Shown here in pieces: positions 8,468 to 16,910 of a stretch of 30,484 bases of DNA. Positions within the stretch are counted from its first letter, which is position 1. Each line of letters starts with the position of its first letter. The notes under the pieces are model-generated. The model was not told where the DNA came from. It saw only the letters and a list, made by a program, of their open reading frames with translations, and ran no database searches. The stretch comes from a virus (lineage: Duplodnaviria; Caudoviricetes), in the IMG/VR virus record IMGVR_UViG_3300037467_001565, positions 1-30,484 of that record. The stretch is one strand, 5' to 3'. The position numbers and the translations under genes are program-made.

Positions 8468-10343
8468 GCCGGTACTGGGTATGTATCAGGCGAGCGTCGC
8501 CAACAACCAGGACCCTCTCAATGAGGTCCGTGTAACTCTGCTCATTCCGCAGATTCTCGGGGATGCGGAAAGCGCCTGGGCCGTTCCTGCTTCCCCCACT
8601 AACACGATTCCCCCGGTCGGCCAGACGGTGTGGGTGCAGTTCAGTGGCGGGGACATCACCAAGCCTGTCTACAGCCCGCTCGGGATCAAGCAGGTCCAGG
8701 ACCAGGTCGACGGCCTCCCCAGCGGAGGTGACACCGACGTACTGCCGCCGAAGCAGCCGACGGCGTTGAACCTGACCACGGCGCAGTTCGTGACGAACGA
8801 GGGCATCACTCTGGCCCGCGTGACAGCGACCTGGACCCCGCCGACGGAGAACCAGGACGGCACCAACCTCACCGACCTCGCGCACTACGTCCTCCAGTAC
8901 TCCTACGACGGAACCACATGGCTGGGAGGAACGGTCACCCAGGACACCCTGGTCGTCATCGACGGACTTCATACCGGCGTGGACGTCACGGTCCGCGTGC
9001 AGGCAGTCGACACCTCCAACAACGTCTCGCTGTGGGCGTCCAACCACATCACCTCCGCGTCGTCCTCGACCCCGCCTCCGGTGCCCTCCGCGCCGGGGGT
9101 CGTCGGCGTGCTCGGTGGCCTGAGAATCATGTGGGACGGCAAGGACGTCAACGGCTTCGCCATGCCCGCGGTCTTCTCCCACGTACAGGTGCAACGAGAC
9201 ACAGACCCGTCGTTCTCCAACGCGATTGCGATCGGCACCCTGCCCGGCGCGGACTTCCTCTACGACTCGGTGCAGAACTACGGCAACGCCTACTACTACC
9301 GACTGGTTGCCTTCTCGAAGGTCGGTATCGCCTCTGCCCCGTCGGCGTTCGAGACCGACACTCCGAAGCAGGCTGGTGTGGGCGACCTGGCGGTCAACTC
9401 GGTCGTGGCCAACCTGCTCACCACGGGACACATCACGGCACAGGACGGAGTTATCCAGAGCCTGGACGCAGCCAAGATCACCGTTGGGAAGCTGACCGGC
9501 AATCAGCTCGACGCGAACGCCATCAACGGTAAGACGATCAGCGGTGTAACCATCACCGGTTCGTCAACGGTGACCGGTAGCACGGTGCAGACGGCCGCCA
9601 CCGGTAACCGCATCGTCATGACCACCGGCATTGGCGATGGTGGCCAGACCATCGGCAAGCTGAATTTCTACACAGAGGTAGCCACCGACACCCCCGGCGC
9701 ACTGTGGGTGCTCGGAGCGGCCGACGGCTCACCGCCCGCCGTCGTCATTGCCGCACCGACTACGGGCACCCCATCACAGATCAAGCTCTGGTATGACCCC
9801 GAGTTCGGACAGTCACGGCTCGACGTCACGACGGCGGAAGCCTGGCTCCCGGACACCTACGTCCAGGACCTGACTGCCCTCGGCTCGTTCTCCTCGGCTG
9901 ACTACCCCAAGGGCACGTGGCAGTCGTTCACGCCCACCTGGATTGTCGAATCCGGCTCGCCCAACCCGTCGTTCGGAAATGCGGTAGTGGACTGCCGTTG
10001 GTCCCGTCGCGGCACATGGGTGCGGGCCGAGTACGACATCACGTTCGGCACCACCACCACCTACGGCGCATCCGCCGTCAACTGGCGGTTCGGTCTGCCC
10101 ACCCCCGCGGCGCGCACCGCTCAGACCGTCGGATGGTTCGAGCTGCACCAGTCCGCAGGCGCCCGATGCGTCGCCCGCGCACGACTGACCAGCACCGCCG
10201 GTTTCGGCCTTGAGATCTCCAGCGGACGTGTGGACGGCAACGCAATCACGTCCACAGGTCTGATCGATTCCGTCTCCCCGTGGACATGGGCGAGCACTCA
10301 CGCGATCCGCGGCGTCATAGAATACGAGGCACCTGACATCTGA
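8457..10343 (+). CDS. Central spike (gp5/gpV OB-fold) fused to FN3-like domains and a tail-tip extension
   Basis: N-terminal GMYQASVANNQDP..RV...IPQ...AWA...PPVGQTVWVQFSGGDITKPVY is the gp5/gpV OB-fold. It is followed by PPKQPTAL...WTPP...VRVQAVDTSNNVSLW and a second FN3-like repeat, then LDAAKITVGKL repeats. GGAGG RBS. Confidence 0.82.
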   Translation: MSTEPVLGMYQASVANNQDPLNEVRVTLLIPQILGDAESAWAVPASPTNTIPPVGQTVWVQFSGGDITKPVYSPLGIKQVQDQVDGLPSGGDTDVLPPKQPTALNLTTAQFVTNEGITLARVTATWTPPTENQDGTNLTDLAHYVLQYSYDGTTWLGGTVTQDTLVVIDGLHTGVDVTVRVQAVDTSNNVSLWASNHITSASSSTPPPVPSAPGVVGVLGGLRIMWDGKDVNGFAMPAVFSHVQVQRDTDPSFSNAIAIGTLPGADFLYDSVQNYGNAYYYRLVAFSKVGIASAPSAFETDTPKQAGVGDLAVNSVVANLLTTGHITAQDGVIQSLDAAKITVGKLTGNQLDANAINGKTISGVTITGSSTVTGSTVQTAATGNRIVMTTGIGDGGQTIGKLNFYTEVATDTPGALWVLGAADGSPPAVVIAAPTTGTPSQIKLWYDPEFGQSRLDVTTAEAWLPDTYVQDLTALGSFSSADYPKGTWQSFTPTWIVESGSPNPSFGNAVVDCRWSRRGTWVRAEYDITFGTTTTYGASAVNWRFGLPTPAARTAQTVGWFELHQSAGARCVARARLTSTAGFGLEISSGRVDGNAITSTGLIDSVSPWTWASTHAIRGVIEYEAPDI

Positions 10344-10350
10344 CCGTAGA

Positions 10351-10420
10351 AATGGAAATGCAATCTCGGTAGGTAATCCTGGGAGAATGCAAGCATGCCT
10401 ACCGAGATTGCATTTCCATT
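10351..10420. repeat. Perfect 23-bp inverted repeat enclosing the RBS and start codon of the gp25 gene
   Basis: AATGGAAATGCAATCTCGGTAGG (10351-10373) is the exact reverse complement of CCTACCGAGATTGCATTTCCATT (10398-10420). The 24-nt loop contains GGGAGA and the ATG at 10395. Confidence 0.92.
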
Positions 10421-10814
10421 CCGCCTCGCGTCCGACGGGACTATCGCTGTCGAGACGAATCCGGACAGGCAGATCGCCCAGCATGTCCGCGCGCTCGTCG
10501 GCACGCAGCCGGGGGAGAGGGTCATGCTCCCGGATTACGGCGTGCCGGTGGCTGATCTGCTGTTCGACCCCAATGCGGGATTCGTCGCGCAAGAGATCAC
10601 GCGTGCCGTCACGACCGCGCTCACCGCCTACGAGCCAGGCGTAGTCCTCCGGCGTGCCATTCCTATTCCCGACGCTTCTCAGCCCTCTCTGGCACGCGTC
10701 GAGGTCGACTACGTCCGCCGGGATGCCGGGTCGTCCCCATCCAGCATCGCCTCGCAGACGAACACTGCTGTCGTCAGCGTGGGCGGCACCGTAAGCGAGG
10801 TCATCAGTGGTTAG
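10395..10814 (+). CDS. Baseplate wedge protein, GPW/gp25 family
   Basis: IAFPF...LVGTQPGERVMLPDYG...LLF...YEP motif. Confidence 0.93.
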   Translation: MPTEIAFPFRLASDGTIAVETNPDRQIAQHVRALVGTQPGERVMLPDYGVPVADLLFDPNAGFVAQEITRAVTTALTAYEPGVVLRRAIPIPDASQPSLARVEVDYVRRDAGSSPSSIASQTNTAVVSVGGTVSEVISG

Positions 10815-12282
10815 CGAAGTTCCGGCTATCGACTACACCAGCCGAGATTATGAGGGGTTCAAGGCCTCCCTGCTCGACTTCGCCTCTCGCGCTTTCCCTC
10901 AGTGGAAGCCCAGCAGCGAGGGCGACTTCGGCGTGCTCATGGTCGAGCTGTTCGCCTACCTCGGCGACTCACTGTCCTACTACGGCGACCGGCTTCAGCA
11001 GGAATCCTACCTGCCGACCGCCACCCAGCGGCTGTCACTGCTCCAGATAGCCGAGCTGCTTGGCTACATCCCTTCCAACGGCGTCCCGGCCACCGGAAGC
11101 GTGACCTTCCAGACCGCCAACCCCGGTCCGGCCGTCACTGTTCCCGCGGGCACGCAGGTCGTCACCGACTTCATCGAAGCTATCGACAGCCCCGTCACGT
11201 ACGAGACCGACTCGGACATCACCGTGCCGCAGAACGGCGGTACGGCGTCCGTCACGGTCACCCAGGGCGTCACCCGCACCCAGGTCAACGTCGGAACATC
11301 CACGGGCCTGCCGGTGCAGGAATTCCGCCTGCCGGACACTCCCGTCATCAGTGGCACGGTCCACGTCTTCGTGGACGACGTCAGCGGCCTCACCGAGTGG
11401 ACGCTCATCGATCACATCGTGGATGCCGACCCCACCGACAAGGTGTTCTCGACGTTCCTGGACGAGTCCGGCGCCACGTGGATCCGATTCGGCGACAACC
11501 TCAATGGCGCTATCCCTTCCAACCAGCTCACCATCTACGCGACGTACCGCGTGGGCGGGGGAACGCTGGGCAACGTGAACCCCGGCGTGGTCAACTCCAT
11601 CGCGTCCTCGACCCTGCCCGGAGTCACCATCGCTCTCGACTCCGGCGGCAACGCGCTCACCTCCGCCATGGTCGGCGGCGCGGACCCGGAGACCAACGAT
11701 CAGATCAGGGCGAACGCGCCGAGATCGTTCCGCACCCAGGACCGGTGTGTCACCCTCGGCGACTTCTCCGACCTCGCCCTGACGCAGCCGGGCGTGGTGA
11801 GGGCCAATGCGGTGGCCAGCACCTACACCTCCATCTCGGTCTTCATCATCGGCCCGGACGGAGGTACCCCCAGCACCACGACGATCAACAAAGTGCAGTC
11901 AGCTCTCCAAGCCAAGGCGCTGGCCGGTACCGCGGTAACCGTCTCCGGCCCGACCGTCGTCGCGGTCAACGTCGGCAGCACGGCCAACCCTGTCGTCGTC
12001 GAGTGCTGGCCTCGGTACTCGCGCGGTGCCGTCCTGTACGACGTGAAGCAGGCACTCAAGACCATGCTCTCGTTCGCGTCTGTGGACTTCGGGATGCGGC
12101 TGACGCTCTCGGACTTCTACAAGACGATCCTGGCGGTGGACGGCGTCCGCTACGCCTCGATCCCGATGGTCGCCCGCGCCGACGCGGCCCAGACCGGTAC
12201 CGCCGACGTCATTTTCCGCGCCTGGGAGATCCCCAAGGTCGGCGACATCTCCCACATCACCATGACCGGAGGTATCGGCTAA
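10807..12282 (+). CDS. Baseplate wedge protein J / gp47 / gp6 family
   Basis: IDYTSRDYE, SEGDFGVLMVELFAY, IRFGD...G.IP, YRVGGG..GNV and GGADPET...RANAP...RCVT.DF motifs. Confidence 0.93.
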   Translation: MVSEVPAIDYTSRDYEGFKASLLDFASRAFPQWKPSSEGDFGVLMVELFAYLGDSLSYYGDRLQQESYLPTATQRLSLLQIAELLGYIPSNGVPATGSVTFQTANPGPAVTVPAGTQVVTDFIEAIDSPVTYETDSDITVPQNGGTASVTVTQGVTRTQVNVGTSTGLPVQEFRLPDTPVISGTVHVFVDDVSGLTEWTLIDHIVDADPTDKVFSTFLDESGATWIRFGDNLNGAIPSNQLTIYATYRVGGGTLGNVNPGVVNSIASSTLPGVTIALDSGGNALTSAMVGGADPETNDQIRANAPRSFRTQDRCVTLGDFSDLALTQPGVVRANAVASTYTSISVFIIGPDGGTPSTTTINKVQSALQAKALAGTAVTVSGPTVVAVNVGSTANPVVVECWPRYSRGAVLYDVKQALKTMLSFASVDFGMRLTLSDFYKTILAVDGVRYASIPMVARADAAQTGTADVIFRAWEIPKVGDISHITMTGGIG

Positions 12283-12920
12283 TGGCTGCCGTCTACCCAT
12301 ACCAGTACAAGTCTTTCGCCACGCACAGGAACCTCGTGGAGGACATCGACGCTTCCCACGTGAACAACCTCCAGGACGAGGTCGCTGCCATTCAGCAGAC
12401 CCTCGGCATCGCGCCGCACCAGGACACCAAGCTGGTCATGAAGACCAACAAGTGGGCCTCCGTCGGTGCGCGACTGGACTCCATACAGCGGGGCAAGGGA
12501 ATACCGGCCTGCTACCTGAACAAGACATCCGATTCCTATAAGAGGACGTCCACTTCGCCACCCAAACTGCTCACATGGCCCAAGCCCGGCAGCGCATTCG
12601 ATCCCGAAGGTCTTTACACCAGCGCCGGAATCAGAACCAACCGGGGCGGCTGGTGGATGGTGACGGGCCGATGCAAGTGGGGACCGGACACCGCCCACCA
12701 AGGCTCCGACCGTCAGATCGGCCTGTACGCCAACGGCCACGAGCTGATGACCGAGGACCTGACGCCCATCGACGACGGCTACACCCACATGCACATCGCC
12801 TGGCAGGGATGGCTCGGCGCCAACCAGACCATCACCCTGGGCATCTACCACCCGGTGACGAACAAAACGCTGTCGGCGAGCCACCTCCACGTCGCGGCAG
12901 CGATGCTCCGGGAGTCGTGA
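12282..12920 (+). CDS. Minor tail protein
   Basis: TAATG-coupled start with GGAGG RBS. N-terminal IDASHVNNLQDEVAAIQQTLG tail-attachment-like helix, then a beta-rich C-terminus. The ORF-track start at 10902 is an over-extension. Confidence 0.7.
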   Translation: MAAVYPYQYKSFATHRNLVEDIDASHVNNLQDEVAAIQQTLGIAPHQDTKLVMKTNKWASVGARLDSIQRGKGIPACYLNKTSDSYKRTSTSPPKLLTWPKPGSAFDPEGLYTSAGIRTNRGGWWMVTGRCKWGPDTAHQGSDRQIGLYANGHELMTEDLTPIDDGYTHMHIAWQGWLGANQTITLGIYHPVTNKTLSASHLHVAAAMLRES

Positions 12921-12927
12921 CGCACCC

Positions 12928-14910
12928 ATGGGCACATACGGCATTGGCATCTACGGCATCGCCAAATACGGCACGGACATCCACCCCGAGTTCGATGTCT
13001 CGCCGTTCACAGCCACACCCACCGACTACACCAGCGTTCTCCTGGACTGGCGGGCTCCGGCCGGTTCCTGGGACACGCTGCGCCTGATCCGCAACAGATA
13101 CGGATGGGCCGTCGATGAGAACGACGGAGAGATCCTGCTGGAGGAGGGCAATCTGTCCTCCTCGTTCCTCGACACGGGAGTGGCGGGCGGGAGCTGGCTC
13201 TACTACACCATCTTCATCAGCGCGTCCGGCCAGTGGTCCAGGGCGGGTACTGCCTCTGTGCTCATGCCGAAGAACAACGGCTACGCCGACCTGCTGTACT
13301 CGCTGGTCCCGGACTACTACAAGATCGACGTCAAGGACGGCAACGCCGCCACCGACGACTCCAACACAATCAACCCGTACCTGATGCCGTTCCTGTCGAT
13401 TTTCGGGTTCGGGTTCGACATCGTGAAGTCGTACTACGACTCCAATCGGTACACCAACGATGCCATGCGGACCCACATCGGGAACATCCCGCAGATAGCC
13501 GCCCAGTTCGGTATCCACTACGAGCCGTCGACCCCGGCCTACCTGTTCCGTCAGCGCATGCGCGACGCGGCCACCCTCGGCCGCCAGAAAGGCACCCTGG
13601 AACAGCTCCGGTCCCTGATCTCGCAGACCACCGGCTACGACGTCGACCTGAGCATCGGGAACAACCTGATGCTCAGCGACGACCAGGCCAGCTTCAACCA
13701 CCCGAAGTACCCCAACTGGGATCCTGGCGTCAACTACGCCACGGGCGAGCGCGTGAAGTTCGGCAGCTACCTGTACCAGGCGGGCTCCAACGGCGCGTTC
13801 GGTCAGGCGCAGGCCCCGACGGGCACCAACTCCAGCAACGCCTTCTGGACGATCGTCTCCCTCACCAGCGACACGACGCTGCTCAACGCCAACGGCAACA
13901 TTGCGGGATGGGAGGAGATCTCCTTCACGGCCGGTGTCTCGCCGGGCACCAACGCGGTCCAGGTCGGTGTGGGCGCGCAGAGCCCGACCAACCCGAGCGA
14001 CAATGCGGGCAACGCGCTCATCGTCAAGAACAACAACTCCGGTGCGGTCACCGCATCCATGGGCGTCCGGTCGGTGGCGAGGATCAACGGACAGGGCTCC
14101 ATGGACCCACAGCAGCCAGTGCTGTGGGGCATCCCCATGCCGTGGGTCTCGCAAGCCTGGGACAACTCCGTTTACTACCAGCCGGGCGACCTGGTGATCT
14201 ACCACGGACGCACCTACGAGGCGCTGACCGCGAGCCTCAACGCGGCACCGTCGGACAACGCGACAGCAAATGCGCAATGGCAACCGCTCGCGTATGACGA
14301 GCGGACCCAGGTGTGCCTGTCCGGTTATACGCAGGCGTATAACGGGGAGCAGGTCCAGGTGTACCCGTTCGTGGAGTTCTATGACTCCCATGGGGCCCTG
14401 ATCTGCTCGTTGTACGCAGATCAGGTGCCGTCGTACACCGTGTTGGACACCTTCACGCAGGGCTGGTCCGACTGGACGACGCGTAATACAGACGTGGGTG
14501 CGCTGGCCTGGACGCAGAAGGTCGGCCAGTGGACTGCCGGTGGTTTTGCAAACGGCTCCGCCTATCCCAAGGGCACCAGCCGCTCGCTGGCCACGGTCAC
14601 CGGGCACGCGGACGGCGCCGTGTCGGTCACCTTCGCCGTCGCCGCATCAGGCACCCTGCAGCAGGGGGTCATATTCCGCTACCAGGACCTCTCGAACTAC
14701 TGGCGGGCCGGGCGAGGATCCCTCTACAGGATCTCCGGCGGAGTGACCGCGGCCACCTTCCCCTACAGCCAGGCTTTCTCCGACGGGGACCGCATCACGG
14801 TCTCCTTCTCAGGCTCGAACATCTCGGTCAATAAGAACGGAACACAGGTGCTCTCGATCTCGGACTCCAACCTGCTGACAGCCACCGGAGTCGGAATGGT
14901 GGTTGAGTGA
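12928..14910 (+). CDS. Baseplate/tail protein (gpI-like segment) with two CBM5/12-type carbohydrate-binding repeats
   Basis: LYSLVPDYYK...FLSIFG...RQKGT..L (gpI-like). WDPGVNYATGERVKFGSYLYQA and WDNSVYYQPGDLVIYHGRTYEA...W are chitin-binding type-3-like repeats. Confidence 0.75.
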   Translation: MGTYGIGIYGIAKYGTDIHPEFDVSPFTATPTDYTSVLLDWRAPAGSWDTLRLIRNRYGWAVDENDGEILLEEGNLSSSFLDTGVAGGSWLYYTIFISASGQWSRAGTASVLMPKNNGYADLLYSLVPDYYKIDVKDGNAATDDSNTINPYLMPFLSIFGFGFDIVKSYYDSNRYTNDAMRTHIGNIPQIAAQFGIHYEPSTPAYLFRQRMRDAATLGRQKGTLEQLRSLISQTTGYDVDLSIGNNLMLSDDQASFNHPKYPNWDPGVNYATGERVKFGSYLYQAGSNGAFGQAQAPTGTNSSNAFWTIVSLTSDTTLLNANGNIAGWEEISFTAGVSPGTNAVQVGVGAQSPTNPSDNAGNALIVKNNNSGAVTASMGVRSVARINGQGSMDPQQPVLWGIPMPWVSQAWDNSVYYQPGDLVIYHGRTYEALTASLNAAPSDNATANAQWQPLAYDERTQVCLSGYTQAYNGEQVQVYPFVEFYDSHGALICSLYADQVPSYTVLDTFTQGWSDWTTRNTDVGALAWTQKVGQWTAGGFANGSAYPKGTSRSLATVTGHADGAVSVTFAVAASGTLQQGVIFRYQDLSNYWRAGRGSLYRISGGVTAATFPYSQAFSDGDRITVSFSGSNISVNKNGTQVLSISDSNLLTATGVGMVVE

Positions 14911-16136
14911 TGGCTACGTACTTCCTCACCTTCGAGAACGACGACGACTTCGCACCCGTCTTCTCCATCTCCGGAGACATCCAGGGCCGGGTCTACTCGT
15001 CCTACGCGCCGCAGCTCGACGGCGAATTCACCATCGATGGCGACCTGGGAATCATCATTCCCAGGCCGAAGCCTGCGCTGCCGCTGGCCGGGGTGTTCAC
15101 GGTCCAGGGAACACTCAAGGCCGGACTCCGCACACCGGTTGGTGTGTTCAAGGACTTCGCGCACTACCCCTACGGCGGAATCGACCCGGCAATGGCAAGG
15201 ATCGGCGCCACCAGCGGGGCACTCACCTCCGCCGCAGCGGGCTCCTACAACCGGCAGTACGCCATCTTCACGGCCCCCGCGGACTACCCCGTCTCCCAGG
15301 GTGCCTACGCTTGGAAGAGGGCCGCGTACGCGAGCGTGGGATTCAAGTTCGCCAACATGTCCTACAACAAGCACCAGCTCCTGGACGCGGTCCAGTTGGA
15401 GACTGTACCGCTCGGAGCGACCGGCCCCTCGACCTACCAGGCCGCCCGACAGATCCAGGTTGTCGTCAAGCCCACCCGGCTGAACTACGCGACCAACCCC
15501 AACTTCGAGAGCGGGCTGACCAACTACACACCGACCGGCCAGGCCACGCATGCAATCGACACCTTCCGCTGGCAGGGCTCGCAGGCCCTCAAGGTCACGG
15601 TCCCGTCCACGGCAACGTCAGACAGCGGACTGTCCCTCCCGGTGTCCGGACTCATTCCCGGCCGCCAGTACGTCATGAGCGCCCGCGTGGCTATCGCCCA
15701 GGGATGCGGTGACGTCGCCCCGTGGTCCGGGGGAGGCTCGGTGCAGGGACAGAAAGTCTCCTGGCGCAACGCAGGTGAGTTCACGGACCCTGCCAAGCAG
15801 AGATGGCGCACCGTCTCCGTCACGTTCACCGCGAACGCCTCCAGCGTCTCCGTGGGCGTGAACGTCCTGAAGAGCACCATGGCGGCGGGAGTGGCCAGCA
15901 TCTTCTGGGTCGACGGAATGCTGGTCGAGGAAGGGGAGAGCGTCCGCCCGTATTTCGACGGATCTATGGGAACGGACTACCTGTGGGAATCCGGAGGTTC
16001 CGCCAACCTTTCCCGCTCGTACTTCTACGAGAACCGAATCGAGCGCGGTTACCTCGTACAGACGCTGCTCGACGAGAATACCCCTCTAGGAATTACCGCG
16101 GCAGTTCCGCAGTACGCAGTTCTGCCTACCCAGTAA
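14910..16136 (+). CDS. Minor tail protein with a CBM4/9-like domain
   Basis: TGATG overlap. NYATNPNFESG...PGRQYVMSA...WRTVSVTFTA...FWVDGMLVEEG...YFDG pattern. Confidence 0.72.
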   Translation: MATYFLTFENDDDFAPVFSISGDIQGRVYSSYAPQLDGEFTIDGDLGIIIPRPKPALPLAGVFTVQGTLKAGLRTPVGVFKDFAHYPYGGIDPAMARIGATSGALTSAAAGSYNRQYAIFTAPADYPVSQGAYAWKRAAYASVGFKFANMSYNKHQLLDAVQLETVPLGATGPSTYQAARQIQVVVKPTRLNYATNPNFESGLTNYTPTGQATHAIDTFRWQGSQALKVTVPSTATSDSGLSLPVSGLIPGRQYVMSARVAIAQGCGDVAPWSGGGSVQGQKVSWRNAGEFTDPAKQRWRTVSVTFTANASSVSVGVNVLKSTMAAGVASIFWVDGMLVEEGESVRPYFDGSMGTDYLWESGGSANLSRSYFYENRIERGYLVQTLLDENTPLGITAAVPQYAVLPTQ

Positions 16137-16144
16137 GGACCCTA

Positions 16145-16492
16145 ATGAACGTCTACGTCACCGGCGCCGCGACAGTCGTCGTAGGTCTTGTCCTGCCCAT
16201 CGTGGTGGCCCTGATCACCCGGCCCTCGACCAGCGGCAGCGTCAAGTCGGCACTGCACGGCGCGCTCGCCGGAGTCCTCTCCGGGGCGGGGGCCTACCTG
16301 GCCGATCCGCACCCCGACTTCGGTCCGGCCTTCGTCGTCACTGTCCTCACCGGGCTGACCGGCACGGCCTTCTACCGCAAGGTGCTGAAGAAGTACCCGT
16401 GGTTCGCTGCGGTGCAGAACGCCTTCGTTCGCGAGGCCGCGACCCGGCTTCATACCGAGGACACCGCAGCCGGGCGGCCCGAGAAGGTATGA
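16145..16492 (+). CDS. Membrane protein, putative holin
   Basis: About three hydrophobic segments (GLVLPIVVALIT; ALAGVLSGAGAYL; FVVTVLTGLTG) and a basic C-terminus. AAGGA RBS; located at the end of the tail module. Confidence 0.6.
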   Translation: MNVYVTGAATVVVGLVLPIVVALITRPSTSGSVKSALHGALAGVLSGAGAYLADPHPDFGPAFVVTVLTGLTGTAFYRKVLKKYPWFAAVQNAFVREAATRLHTEDTAAGRPEKV

Positions 16493-16495
16493 GCG

Positions 16496-16783
16496 ATGAA
16501 CTGGCTGCACGTCCTGCTGATCGCCTTCGCCACCTTCACCGCGTGGGAGTGGGTGCTGGTCGCCCTCCCCTTCGCCGTCCCGGCGTGGCTCCAGCCCGTC
16601 GTGGTCGTCGCCATCGCCTACGGCGCGCAGCGGCTGAACGAGTCGTGGCTGGTGGCCGTCGCGGCGGCCGGAGCGGTGGCCCTCCTTCATACCGCCGTCC
16701 GGTCCGGTGTAGTGGAAGCACCCCCGCTGCGCCTGCCCCGGAGACACCCCTCGACTGGCCGCAGGGTGCCTGACCTGCCCTGA
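16496..16783 (+). CDS. Small membrane protein (possible holin/lysis accessory)
   Basis: 95 aa with about three hydrophobic helices and an Arg/Pro-rich tail. Confidence 0.6.
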   Translation: MNWLHVLLIAFATFTAWEWVLVALPFAVPAWLQPVVVVAIAYGAQRLNESWLVAVAAAGAVALLHTAVRSGVVEAPPLRLPRRHPSTGRRVPDLP

Positions 16784-16797
16784 TCGTCAACCGACTT

Positions 16798-16828
16798 GAA
16801 ACCCTCGCTTTACAGGCGGGGGTTTCTT
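16798..16828 (+). terminator. Stem-loop terminator ending the late tail operon
   Basis: GAAACCCTCGC (16798-16808) pairs with GCGGGGGTTTC (16816-16826; one G-U pair). Short T run follows; sits immediately after the last membrane gene. Confidence 0.7.
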
Positions 16829-16856
16829 GCATTTAGAACCGATACCGAGGTATGGT
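16827..16856 (+). promoter_or_regulatory. Sigma70/HrdB-like promoter with a GAACCGATACC box in the spacer
   Basis: TTGCAT (16827-32), 18-nt spacer, TATGGT (16851-56). The spacer contains GAACCGATACC (16836-46). Confidence 0.6.
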
Positions 16857-16910
16857 CATCCCCGTCGCCGATCAGGCGCAGAACCCACCACCCACTCACC
16901 TGGAGCTGAC

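Noticed and set aside
10902-12281. Long Arg/Pro-rich N-terminal extensions in the ORF track (also 5294-6286, 6595-7050, 15803-16144, 25829-26416, 27797-28003)
   Set aside because: Alternative-frame read-through of upstream genes. The real starts are the downstream RBS-associated or stop-coupled codons.
74-16136. Extracellular contractile injection system (eCIS/tailocin) interpretation
   Set aside because: The tail module is contiguous with a full phage replisome, has a long muralytic tape measure, and shows no Afp15-like ATPase or Afp16-like cap gene in the window. A phage is more parsimonious, although head genes lie outside the window.
16785-16790. Minus-strand TTGACG hexamers (also 25173-25178) as antisense promoters
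   Set aside because: No convincing -10 element at 16-18 nt spacing on the minus strand.
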